64,000 nucleotides of DNA. It comes from Azolla caroliniana. Lineage: Eukaryota > Plantae > Polypodiophyta. Positions 39,401-50,507 of this stretch are shown piece by piece. The DNA lies in the NCBI GenBank assembly GCA_043228905.1, contig JBHGNT010000004.1:10230001-10294000 (forward strand). Direction: 5' to 3'. Position 1 is the first letter of the stretch. Every line of letters begins with the position of its first letter. Both the position numbers and the translations under genes were made by a program. Under the pieces are notes generated by a model. It did no database searches. It saw only the letters and a list, made by a program, of their open reading frames with translations, and was not told the origin of the DNA.

Positions 39401-41291
39401 TAGCTTTGACTTTGTCGAAAACATCAGCATAGTCTTGATATTTTTTGGGAATTTGGATGTCTGAATTCCCTTGAGTGACACTAGAAGGTGTCACTGATAC
39501 TGCAAATAAGAAAAGGTCCTCCTTGCCTCCCACTTGGTGCAATTGTTGCAATGTGATGGCTGAAATTTGATGAGAAGGATATGGTGCATCGGTAGAACTA
39601 TATACTTTGGGAGGATAATCCCGAGTTCGATCCTTGACAATGATATTTTCTGCTAAAGGGCACCTAATTTCTCGCTTCCTCCAATCGATTCTAGGGTTAT
39701 GTAGCTCGAACCATGGCAAACCGAGGACAATTGGATGCTCAGGACTACGGATTATGTTAAAGGAAACTACACATCCTAAATCACCCAAGAGTATGTGTAT
39801 TGGCTCAGACTCTTCAAATATCTTCCCGGAAGCTATGGGGCATCCATCAATCACTACTACGGAAACTGGACAAGGAAGTGTATGCAAGGATATTTGGTGT
39901 TTTTGGGCAAAATCTCTATCCATGAAACAAGAATTGGCTCCAGTATCTAAGAGGGCTTGGACTTGAAGTTGACAACTGGGTGTCCTAACTTGTACTAGGG
40001 CTGAGAAGACTCTACTAACATGCTTGGAAGAAATGGAACCCACACCAGGTTGTACATATCTAGGGTTGTCCAACCAAATGGCTCCTATTTTGGCCGGACT
40101 TATTCGTTTGACTCCTCTTCTAATTGGCTTAGGACTTCAAATTTATTGGACAAGGGTGGATTATTCATAATATTAGATTCACTAACTACTTCTAAAATGT
40201 TGGACTCATTTTTATTGTCATAGTGAATTTGATTTACCTGACGTCTCGGCCTACGGGAGCAATGAATGGCTATATGTCCTGGACCTCCACAATATAAGCA
40301 CAGATGGTTTGCTCGACGACGTTGCTTCTCTTCGTCTGACAACGGTCCTCATCATTGGGTCATATCGATCTCCATGGATGTAGGACTATCCATTGGGACT
40401 GGACTACGTGTTTGCCTCGGAGTTGGAGCAGGGCTATACATTTGCCTTGGGGATGATTGCGCCATTACTGATGCAAAAGTTGGTGTGAATCTAGATCTTG
40501 TTATTTGTTGTTGTCGCTCACATCGACGCTCAAAAAGGCGATTATCACACCGTATTGCTCGACTAATAGCTTCTGTAAGTGACCTTGGATCCTCAGGGAA
40601 GGTAAGAAGTAAGTCTTTGACATCACTACGAAGGCCTGAACGGAATTGCTCCATTAGGGCTTGTTCATCCCAAGGAATATCGCTTGCAATGAGACGGAAA
40701 TTGGCAGCATATGTTGAAGCTGGTTGATCACCTTGACGAAGTGTACGAATCTTGTTGATAGCTGTTCTCGCCCCATCAGTATCTCCGAAACAAGCCTTAA
40801 ATTCCTTGATAAATTCCTCGAAATTATTTAGTAGAGGAGAATTGGTCTCTAGCAATGGAGCAAACCACGACAATGCTATGCCAGTCAATAAAGTGCCCAC
40901 TAGCCCGACTCGTGATGCATCTGTTGGATAACGTGCGGGATGCATTTGAATCACCAACCGTACTTGATTCAAAAAACCTCGGAAATGCGCCCTCGACCCA
41001 TCAAATTTAGCTGGGAGGCTAATTTTGGGCTCCTTGATAAGTCCCTGACCTTCAACCCTTTGTTGTTGTAACACGACGATTGTCGACTCTAACTGTTGCA
41101 CTCGTCGCGTGAACTCCTCTTGTTGTTGTTGCTTCTCTATAGTAACCTTTTGTAGATCCCCAAGTAGACGTTGATTCTCTACTTCAAGAGATGCGAACTT
41201 GGATTTAAGGTTCTCCATTTCTGCAACAAGGGTGAGATATTCTTCTGAGTTAATGGCAGCCATGGTTTCAGGATGGTTACAAAGGAGGATA

Positions 41292-41322
<31 letters not shown>

Positions 41323-41740
41323 GAATCAAACTGTCAGAACCAAGGATAAAAGATAGAGTGATGGAAGAAGGATAGAGAAGAATGGATGTATAAGATAGAG
41401 AAAGAAAGAGAATGGATACAAGATATGTAATGAGAGCTAAAGACTGGTGTTGATTCGAATTGATTTGAGAATACATGTATGCGCTTATTTATAGGTTCCT
41501 ATAGAATAGCCTAGAGATTTCTAGAATGTTCTAGAATGTTCTAGACCTAGAATGCTCTAGGACATTCTAGAACATTCTAGAATAATCTAGAGTTTTTACA
41601 ATAATCAATGTAATACAAGAAGTAGCTTTTATTGTTTCATATAACAATAAGCTATCTTAATGGTTGAGGTTTTCAAGTATGAATTACAAGGTTCGAGGTT
41701 CAAGTCCGGGTGACGCCATAATGGTCATGTGTTCATGACA
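36453..41740 (-). mobile_element. Gypsy G2: Tcn1-like chromovirus with intact 5' LTR (41332-41740) and partly deleted 3' LTR (36453 to ~36681)
   Basis: TSD CCATC (36448-36452 and 41741-41745). gag from 41263 with [37 protein letters not shown], and the start of a chromodomain (GPEYEVAAIL). A few stops and frameshifts. Confidence 0.95.
41318..41329 (-). other. Putative self-priming primer-binding site of Gypsy G2
   Basis: Sense TTGATTCGAATT begins 2 nt after the 5' LTR and is the exact reverse complement of sense AATTCGAATCAA (41461-41450), which starts 32 nt downstream of TATAAAT (41493-41487). No TGG-type tRNA PBS is present. Confidence 0.75.
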
Positions 41741-41822
41741 CCATCAAATTCTCATGTTGGTAATTGCCATCAAATTCTCTAAACACACAAAAGGCTCTAT
41801 TCTATATGAGTTAACAAGTGCT

Positions 41823-44610
41823 TGTTAAAACGAATAGCATGGGGAAGCAATAGAAAACCGAACACAGAAAAATAGGTTTACTGGAGAGCTTAGAATATAC
41901 ACAGTACGCGGGAGAGATAGAGACAGAGAGCACACAAAACTCAATTCAAAAGATAATACTCAATCTGTACATCGTATGTGTTCAATGAACACTTTTATAC
42001 AAGTCCATACAGACTGAAAGAAGTACGGTGTACTTCAATGCTCACACGAGCGTCTGACACTAACTATGAGACATTAACTACCTAGTAGTCTAGGCTGCTA
42101 CTAGGCTTCCGGTTATTGATGGATCCGGCTAACCGACTCCCCAGCTCACCGGCTCACTTGCTCACCGGCTCATCCTTCCGGATGCCGATCTGGCTCAGGC
42201 TTATTCAGTCGATCCGGATCTAGTTGAGCTTGCCGCTCAACACTCCCCCTCAAGCTCAACTTGATGTCGGATCGTAGTGTCAGTCTCCATGGCAGCCGGT
42301 CTTTCCACCCGGCTCCTTCTGGCATCACTCCGCCTCGCTCGCGCTCCTCGTCTGGTCCGGTCCCGTTTGCCGCGACCCTTCTGTTTCTGTGCACCTCGAC
42401 CTCCTCGGTCGGCTTGTCTGCTCAACAGGCCCAAATCAGCTCCCTCGCTGCTGTGACTTTGGCGCTTGTCGGTTCGCCGATTCCTTCGTGTTGGTGTTGA
42501 CTTTTGCTGCCTTCTTGTCCTCTTGGCCTTTGGTTGATTCAGCATATCCGAATCAAACATCTGAACCGACTCGGTTTCCTCTGATCGGTTTTCGCTCTCG
42601 TCCGAGTTGGTTGTCTCCAACTCGTCTTCGGTCTTCTCACCCTTGATGGCTTCATCTCCCCCACGCTTGGTTGGCTTCGGCTCTTTCTTTCGACTGCTCC
42701 CCTTATGTCCAATTTCGGACTCTTCCGCGGATCCGCCCTCGGCTTCTTCAGCCAATCCGAAATCAAATTCGTCATCTGAGTCGGCATCACGGTCTTTTCC
42801 GCTCCTTTCCTGCTCCCTTCCATGGTCATCATGGACGTCTGTCCCCCTCAAGTTCGGCACATCGAGGTGACGCAACCCAAGCGCACCTGAGAATTGCCGC
42901 AACTTGTCCAGACCAAGAGGCTTGGTGAAGATGTCGGCGTTCTGCCGATTCGTCGGAACATACTGAAGTTCGACTTCACTAGAAAGGACACGCTCACGGA
43001 CAAAATGGTAGTGCACCTCAATGTGCTTGGTCCGGGCATGGAATACGGGTTTCCTCACTAGTTGGATGCTACTAAGGTTGTCACAGTAGATCGTCGTTGG
43101 ATTGGACACCTCCTGCTGCAGATCCTTAAGTAGCCGCTTCAACCATATGGCTTCACATGTCACGATGGCCGCTCCTCTATACTTGGCTTCGGTGCTCGAC
43201 AACACAATTGTCGGCTGCTTCTTGCTACTCCACGCAATCGCGGCACTCCCAAGAGAGAACGCAAACCCGAACGTGGATCGGTGATCCACGACGTTGCCGG
43301 CCCAGTCGGCATCGGTGTAGCCGACCAACTGCAGGGTTGTACCGGTCCGATATAGTAGCCCCCCGGTCCTTAGTGCCGCTTACGTACCGTAGGACATGTT
43401 GCGCACACTGAAGGTGCTCCTCGGTAGGTCGCACCATGAACTGACTAATCACCCCAACCGGGTAGCTAAGATCTGGTCGGGTGATGGTCAAGTATATAAG
43501 GCTTCCGACTATCTATCGGAACCTCGTCGAGTCGCATACCACTCCGGAATCGGGGCGAAGCTTGACGGTTCTATCCAGAGGAGTCGAGACGGACTTACAG
43601 TCGGCCATCTCGAATTTGAAGAGCATACTTAGCACGTAACGTCGTTGGCTGATCAGTATGCCTTCGAGGGTGCGGATCACTTTGATCCCGAGGAAGTAAT
43701 GAAGGCCCCCTAGGTCCTTCATGTCAAATGATGCCGCATGCTGGAGCTTCACATGGTCAATCTCACCTAGGTCGGCGCCGGTGATGACCAAGTCATCAAC
43801 ATAAAGTAAAATGCTAACTGGCCCGAGTCGACCTTTCCGGATGAACAATGAGGAGTCCGATTTTGACGTCGCAAAGCCCATCTGACGCAATCATTGCGTG
43901 ATCTTCGCGTTCCAGGCACGCAAGGCTTGCTTTAGTCCGTAAAGGGACTTCTTCAATCGGCACACCGCCGAATTGTTCGTTCCGAAGTGAAATCCAGGGG
44001 GTTGTACCATGTACACCTGTTCCTCAAGCTCACCTTGCAGGAACGCATTCTTTACATCTATCTGATGTAAGTGCCACCCCTTTGCCGCAGCTACCGCAAG
44101 CAAAACACAGAAGGTCGTCATCTTCGCGACCGGTGCAAACGTCTCATCGTAGTCGATGCCGTGTTTCTACGCAGTAGCCTTTCGCTACTAACCGGGCCTT
44201 GTATCGCTTGACCGAGCCGTCAGTGTTGTACTTGACCTTGTACACCCACCTACATCCAATCGGCTTCACACCTTTCGGTGCGTCAACCAGGTCCCAGGTT
44301 TCATTCTCCGCTAATGCGCGCATCTCTTCCTCCATTGCGGCGTGCCAATTTGCGTCCTTCACCGCTTCTGCGTAGCTCTCCGGCTCATGCACTTCTGCTA
44401 CATGGGTCATGTACGCATAGTGATGCGCCATGTACTCATTGTATCCAAACCGCACAATAGGGTTCTTCTGGCGGGTAGATCGGCGCAATTGGTCATTAGC
44501 CGATGTTGAGGCAATCTTAGTCGATGCGGACTTCGCTCTCGAAGACCCGTCATCACTTCCCTCGAAGTCGGATTCGCGTCGATTCGACTCGAGCATTTCA
44601 TCCTTCGCAT
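41823..44610 (-). mobile_element. Copia-E: 5'-truncated Copia related to Copia-C (RT, RH, long C-terminal tail, PPT, 3' LTR 41823-42242)
   Basis: [32 protein letters not shown] and ADIFTKPL. PPT TTGAGGGGGAG followed by TGTTGAG...TTAACA. Confidence 0.88.
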
Positions 44611-44661
44611 GATAGCATTGTAGATGGATGGAAAGTGAGTATTATGAAAACACACAACTCC

Positions 44662-47600
44662 TGTTGGGATTTCGGTCCCTCCGGATGGGATGTCCGGAGA
44701 TGAATGACGGCAAGCCCGGTTGCGGTTACGGAACCGGATGATGAAGAGTACCCGGCATGAAGCCGGATGAAGAGTACCCGGATACGGATCCGGATGATGA
44801 AGACCCCGGTTACGGAGCTGGATGACGAATGTACCCGGAGAGAGATCCGGATGCGGGGACATATTTGTGAATATGTTTGCCAAGAGCCCTTGAGGCTATA
44901 TTTGTAAATAGCCCGAAAGTCATATGTGTATAAATATGACTTAGGGCAAACAGTTATTGTTGTTGCTCATTCTATGTTTTCAGCCGAGAGAGAGCAAAGT
45001 GAGAGCAGCCGAGAGAGAGAGGAAGGAAGAGGTCGACGCCTCTGTGTAATACCGCCGCCTGTGGCGAAGGCAGTGAGCTCAAGGTTGTTGCCTTGTAGCT
45101 TCACCATTGTACATCTCTGTGTATAGTGATAGTTGGAGTTTGAGGACTCCCGTGGTTTTTCCCATTTAGGGTTTTCCACGTAAAACATCCTGTGTACTCT
45201 TCTCTCTATTGTCTTCGTGCATTTCGTGTATTTCCCGTTTTCTGTAAATCGATCCTATTCCTCGGTTGTGGCCGAGCACTGTTGTTCAACAAAGTGGTAT
45301 CAGAGCGACGGTAACACAGAAAATGGAAGGCGGCAGCAGCGGGCAGCCGGGGATGATGGTGCTGAATGCGCAGAACTACGCCGACTGGAAGATAAAGATG
45401 GAGGATCTGCTCATTGTTCGGGACCTGTATGAACCGATCGACAGGTCGGAAATACCCAAGGGGGTACTTGAGACGGAATGGAGGCTTCTGAACCGGAAAG
45501 CCGTTGCAACCATTCGGCAATACGTCGACGTGAGCGTTCTACAACACGTGGCGAACGACACCAACGCATATGAGATGTGGCGGAAGCTGTCGGGCCTCTA
45601 CGAGAGGAAGAATGCGTTGAACCGGACCTCCCTGATGAGAAAGATAGTGAACCTCAAGTACCGGGACGGCGAGAGCATGGTGGAACACGTAAGCACGTTC
45701 ATGGGATTCGTGAACCAGCTTGCGGCGATCAAGTTCCCGTTGGAGGATGCAATGCAAGCCATCATCCTGATGTGTACATTGCCGGACAGCTGGGAGAACT
45801 TGGTGGTGACTCTCAGCACCTCCTGCACCGAAGATAACTTGTCTCTACAAACGGTAAAGACAAGCATCTTGAACGAAGAAGCGCGTCGGAGAGATAAAGA
45901 ACCGGTTTCCGATCCGAAGATGCTGCTTACCGAATCGGATCGGGGAAGACAATGGAACCGGAGTCCGCAAAGACGGGAGAAGTCGGGGACCCGGTCGCAG
46001 TCAAGAGGAAGACCCACATGCTTCCACTGTGGGAAGCCGGGGCACTTCCGGAAGAATTGTCGGCATTACCGAAAAGACAACGGAGCCGACGACACCGATT
46101 CGAAGAAGTCACCGGAGCGAAACGGTGCATACCGAGGAGCCACGGACCGGAGAGGTCCGGATCGGCGAGGGCAGGACCGGAAAGGAACGACGGCACTCGC
46201 GGCAAGTGAAGAAGAGATAATGCTCATTACCGAAGAGAGGGAGCTGAACCTTGCCGGTGTAGAGATGACCTGGGTGGTCGATTCCGGAGCGTCGTTCCAC
46301 CTGACCCCGGAGAAGAAATACTTCTCATCCTACACAGCCGGTGAGCATGGCTGTGTCCGGATGGGAAATGAAGGCACATGCCGGATTGCCGGCATAGGAG
46401 ACGTGTGGCTGATGACATCAACCGGATGCAAGATGCTGCTGAAGGATGTGCGACACGTTCCGGAGGTCCGATTGAACCTGATCTCGGCCGGGAGGCTAGA
46501 TGATGAAGGCTACACGGGTAGCATCCGGAACGGTGTCATGAAGTTCAGCAAGGGGAGCCTGATAGTGGCTCGGGCCCGGAAGGTCAACACACTGTACCTG
46601 ATGAATTCCTGGCTATGTCCGGAGGAGCTGAACGTGGCAGCCGACACTGCCGGTGAGCTGTGGCACAAGAGACTGTGCCACATGAGTGAGAAGGGGATGA
46701 AGAGGCTTGCAGAAGACAACCTTATTCCAGTGAAGCATGTGCACCTGGAGAAGTGCACCGACTGCTTGGCCGGTAAGCAAAACCGGACCTCCTTCCACTC
46801 AAGGCCACCGACGAGACGTAGTGTACCATTGGAGTTGGTGCACACTGATGTGTGTCAGGTAGAAACGAAGTCACATGGCGGAGCCCAATACTTCGTAACA
46901 TTCATAGATGACCACAGCCGGAAGCTGTGGACGGCACCGTTGAAGACAAAGGACCAAGTATTGTCCGTCTTCAAAGAACTCCACGCGAGAGTGGAAAGGG
47001 AATCCGGCAAGAAGCTGAAAGCGATACGAGCAGATAACGGAGGGGAATACCGGGGGCTGTTCCAGGAGTACTGTCGCTCGAAGGGAATCCGGCTCGAGTT
47101 CACCGTGCCGAAGACGCCGGAACTGAACGGGCTGGCCGAGAGGATGAACCGGACCATAATGGAGAGGGTCCGGAGTATGCTGGCACATGCGAAATTACCC
47201 AAGGGATTTTGGGCTGAGGCAATGTCGACGGCGACATACGTGATAAACAGATCACCCTCAGTGCCTTTGGACGGAGACACGCCGCAGAGAGTGTGGACCG
47301 GTAGGGAAGTTTCCTACCGGCATCTGAAGGTGTTCGGGTGTCTCACATATGTGCATGTGGCAAAGGACCGGAGAGGAAAGTTAGATCCAAAGACCCGGCC
47401 ATGCATATTCCTCGGTTACGGCGACGACGAGTTCGGCTACCGAGTATGGGACCCGGTCGACAAGAAGATATTCAGGAGTCGAGATATCATCTTCATGGAG
47501 AACAAGACACTCGCCGACTGGGAGTCGGAGAAGAAGATGAAGAGCTCCAAGTCGACCGGTGAGGATCAACTCTACGAGGAGCAGTCCCGACCGGCAAGGG

Positions 47601-50048
47601 ACCGGTTAGCACTCGAGGATCCGGCCGAAGACGGTGAAGAAACAGAACCGGCCGAGGAAGATGAAACTGATACCGGAACCAACCCCGATCCCGAAATGGA
47701 TTCGGATGAAGAGGAAACGGAGGAGCCGGTTATCGAAGCTCCGGAACGGAGATACCCTCTAAGAGAGAGAAGGGCCCCCCGGAGATTTCCGGAACCAGAG
47801 CACGTGCTGCTAACCGACGAGGGGGAGCCGGAGAGTTTTGAAGAAGCAAAGCTTGACACCCATAGCCGCAGGTGGTTAAGTGCCATGCAGGAGGAGATGG
47901 ATTCCCTGCATGAGAACCACACATATGAACTTGTGGAGTTGCCGAAAGGAAAGCGAGCACTTCGAAACAAGTGGGTGTTCAAGCTGAAACCGGGAGATGC
48001 CGGAAACACCCCGAGATACAAAGCCAGGATCGTGGTGAAGGGGTTCCAGCAAAAGAAGGGCGTCGACTTCGACGAGATATTTGCCCCGGTAGTGAAGATG
48101 ACCTCCATCCGGACGGTGCTGAGCATAGCGGCAAGCATGGACCTCGAGGTAGAACAGATGGACGTGAAGACGGCATTCCTTCACGGTGACCTCGAAGAAG
48201 AGATCTACATGCAGCAACCGGAAGGATTCGAGAAGAAAGGGAAGGAGCACCTGGTATGCCGGTTGAAGAAGAGCCTTTACGGACTGAAGGAGGCTCCCCG
48301 GCAATGGTACCGGAAGTTCGACTCCTTCATGACCGACGAAGGGTACCACAAAACGCAGTCCGATCACTGCGTGTTTGTGAAGAAGTTCGAAGGAGGAGAC
48401 TTTCTAATACTCCTCCTGTACGTGGACGACATGTTGATCGTCGGACGGGACCAGGGCAAGATACGGATGCTGAAGAAAGCACTTCACCGAACCTTCTCAA
48501 TGAAGGACCTGGGTCCGGCGAGGCAAATACTAGGGATGCACATCATCCGAGACCGGAAGAAGAAGCAGTTGTGGCTGTCACAGGAGAAGTACGTAACAAA
48601 GGTGCTTCACCGGTTCAACATGTCGGAAGCAAGACCGGTCGGATCGACCCTCCCGGCAAACTGCAAGTTGTCCAACAAGCAAAGTCCCAAGACAAAGGCT
48701 GAAAAGGAGGATATGATGAAAGTGCCGTATGCCTCAGCCGTCGGGAGCTTGATGTACGCCATGGTGTGTACGAGACCGGACATAGGATATGCAGTCGGAG
48801 TGGTGAGCCGGTACATGAGCAATCCCGGCAAAGAGCATTGGAACGCGGTCAAGTGGATACTCCGATACCTAAAGGGCACGGCAAACGTGTGCCTCCGATT
48901 CGGCTCCGGTAAGCCCGAACTCGACGGCTTTACCGATTCGGATATGTCGGCTGATGCAGACACCAGCCGGTCCACATCAGGGTATGTGATGACGTATGCA
49001 GGGGGAGCTGTTTCGTGGCAGTCGAGGCTGCAGAAGACGTTTGCGTTGTCAACCACGGAGGCGGAGTACATGGCGGCTGTTGAAGCCGGCAAGGAAATAA
49101 TATGGATGAAGGACTTTATTAGAGAGCTCGGTATCCGGCAAGAGGAGTACCGACTCTACTGCGACAGTCAGAGTGCCATCCACCTTGCGAAGAACGCGGC
49201 CTATCACTCCCGGACGAAGCACATCCAGCGAAGATATCACTGGATCCGGGAAAGGATAGAAGACCAGGAGTTCGTGCTGACGAAGATCCACACGGAAGAG
49301 AACGGGTCAGATATGCTGACCAAAGTGCTCACACCCGACAAGCTGGGAGCGTGCCGGAAGAGAGTCGGATTGGAGAGACATCCCATGCCGAAGTGAAGGG
49401 GGAGTTTGTTGGGATTTCGGTCCCTCCGGATGGGATGTCCGGAGATGAATGACGGCAAGCCCGGTTGCGGTTACGGAACCGGATGATGAAGAGTACCCGG
49501 CATGAAGCCGGATGAAGAGTACCCGGATACGGATCCGGATGATGAAGACCCCGGTTACGGAGCCGGATGACGAATGTACCCGGAGAGAGATCCGGATGCG
49601 GGGACATATTTGTGAATATGTTTGCCAAGAGCCCTTGAGGCTATATTTGTAAATAGCCCGAAAGTCATATGTGTATAAATATGACTTAGGGCAAACAGTT
49701 TTGTGTTTGTTGCTCATTTTATGTTTTCAGCCGAGAGAGAGCAAAGTGAGAGCAGCCGAGAGAGAGAGAAAGAGAGAGGAAGGAAGAGGTCGACGCCTCT
49801 GTGTAATACCGCCGCCTGTGGCGAAGGCAGTGAGCTCAAGGTTGTTGCCTTGTAGCTTCACCATTGTACATCTCTGTGTATAGTGATAGTTGGAGTTTGA
49901 GGACTCCCGTGGTTTTTCCCATTTAGGGTTTTCCACGTAAAACATCCTGTGTACTCTTCTCTCTATTGTCTTCGTGCATTTCGTGTATTTCCCGTTTTCT
50001 GAAAATCGATCCTATTCCTCGGTTGTGGCCGAGCACTGTTGTTCAACA
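44662..50048 (+). mobile_element. Copia-D: structurally intact Tnt1/Tork-like LTR retrotransposon (LTRs 44662-45291 and 49407-50048)
   Basis: TSD ACTCC (44657-44661 and 50049-50053). PBS TGGTATCAGAGC at 45295-45306, PPT GAAGGGGGAGTT, near-identical LTRs and a single uninterrupted ORF. Confidence 0.98.
45323..49396 (+). CDS. Copia gag-pol polyprotein (Gag with CCHC knuckle, PR, IN, RT, RNase H)
   Basis: CFHCGKPGHFRKNC, WVVDSGAS, HHCC plus DDE integrase, YVDD, and FTDSD...DSQSA. ATG at 45323 follows the PBS. Confidence 0.97.
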   Translation: MEGGSSGQPGMMVLNAQNYADWKIKMEDLLIVRDLYEPIDRSEIPKGVLETEWRLLNRKAVATIRQYVDVSVLQHVANDTNAYEMWRKLSGLYERKNALNRTSLMRKIVNLKYRDGESMVEHVSTFMGFVNQLAAIKFPLEDAMQAIILMCTLPDSWENLVVTLSTSCTEDNLSLQTVKTSILNEEARRRDKEPVSDPKMLLTESDRGRQWNRSPQRREKSGTRSQSRGRPTCFHCGKPGHFRKNCRHYRKDNGADDTDSKKSPERNGAYRGATDRRGPDRRGQDRKGTTALAASEEEIMLITEERELNLAGVEMTWVVDSGASFHLTPEKKYFSSYTAGEHGCVRMGNEGTCRIAGIGDVWLMTSTGCKMLLKDVRHVPEVRLNLISAGRLDDEGYTGSIRNGVMKFSKGSLIVARARKVNTLYLMNSWLCPEELNVAADTAGELWHKRLCHMSEKGMKRLAEDNLIPVKHVHLEKCTDCLAGKQNRTSFHSRPPTRRSVPLELVHTDVCQVETKSHGGAQYFVTFIDDHSRKLWTAPLKTKDQVLSVFKELHARVERESGKKLKAIRADNGGEYRGLFQEYCRSKGIRLEFTVPKTPELNGLAERMNRTIMERVRSMLAHAKLPKGFWAEAMSTATYVINRSPSVPLDGDTPQRVWTGREVSYRHLKVFGCLTYVHVAKDRRGKLDPKTRPCIFLGYGDDEFGYRVWDPVDKKIFRSRDIIFMENKTLADWESEKKMKSSKSTGEDQLYEEQSRPARDRLALEDPAEDGEETEPAEEDETDTGTNPDPEMDSDEEETEEPVIEAPERRYPLRERRAPRRFPEPEHVLLTDEGEPESFEEAKLDTHSRRWLSAMQEEMDSLHENHTYELVELPKGKRALRNKWVFKLKPGDAGNTPRYKARIVVKGFQQKKGVDFDEIFAPVVKMTSIRTVLSIAASMDLEVEQMDVKTAFLHGDLEEEIYMQQPEGFEKKGKEHLVCRLKKSLYGLKEAPRQWYRKFDSFMTDEGYHKTQSDHCVFVKKFEGGDFLILLLYVDDMLIVGRDQGKIRMLKKALHRTFSMKDLGPARQILGMHIIRDRKKKQLWLSQEKYVTKVLHRFNMSEARPVGSTLPANCKLSNKQSPKTKAEKEDMMKVPYASAVGSLMYAMVCTRPDIGYAVGVVSRYMSNPGKEHWNAVKWILRYLKGTANVCLRFGSGKPELDGFTDSDMSADADTSRSTSGYVMTYAGGAVSWQSRLQKTFALSTTEAEYMAAVEAGKEIIWMKDFIRELGIRQEEYRLYCDSQSAIHLAKNAAYHSRTKHIQRRYHWIRERIEDQEFVLTKIHTEENGSDMLTKVLTPDKLGACRKRVGLERHPMPK

Positions 50049-50507
50049 ACTCCCTTGGTGCATAATAATTCTTCAATTGCTTTTCAGCTTTCAAATATAT
50101 AATATTGTTAGATTGATGACTGCTCAATCCTTGCAATTCCTTGACATGGATGGATTTTGGGGTGAAAGAAGAACTAATGAGGACAGGTACTATTCAAATT
50201 CATTCAAAAAATATGTTATAGTCATTGAATGTTTTAATGAAGATGTTCTATTTTCAGCAATGGCAACAAGGTTTATGTACGAAGGAGGAAAACAAACCAC
50301 GATTCAAGATTGATGGAGACCCAAGACAATATGGATGAGGCAAGGGCTTTAGAAAGTGTAGACATTGTAAGCCAACAGACCCACTGTGAATCGACAAATG
50401 TGATAAATGTTGATAGGACTTCATCAGGTAAGGGTTTAGATAAGGCTAATTGATACAAAATCTTTTTTTGTAATGCATCTTATACATTGTCGTCATTGTG
50501 AAATCAG

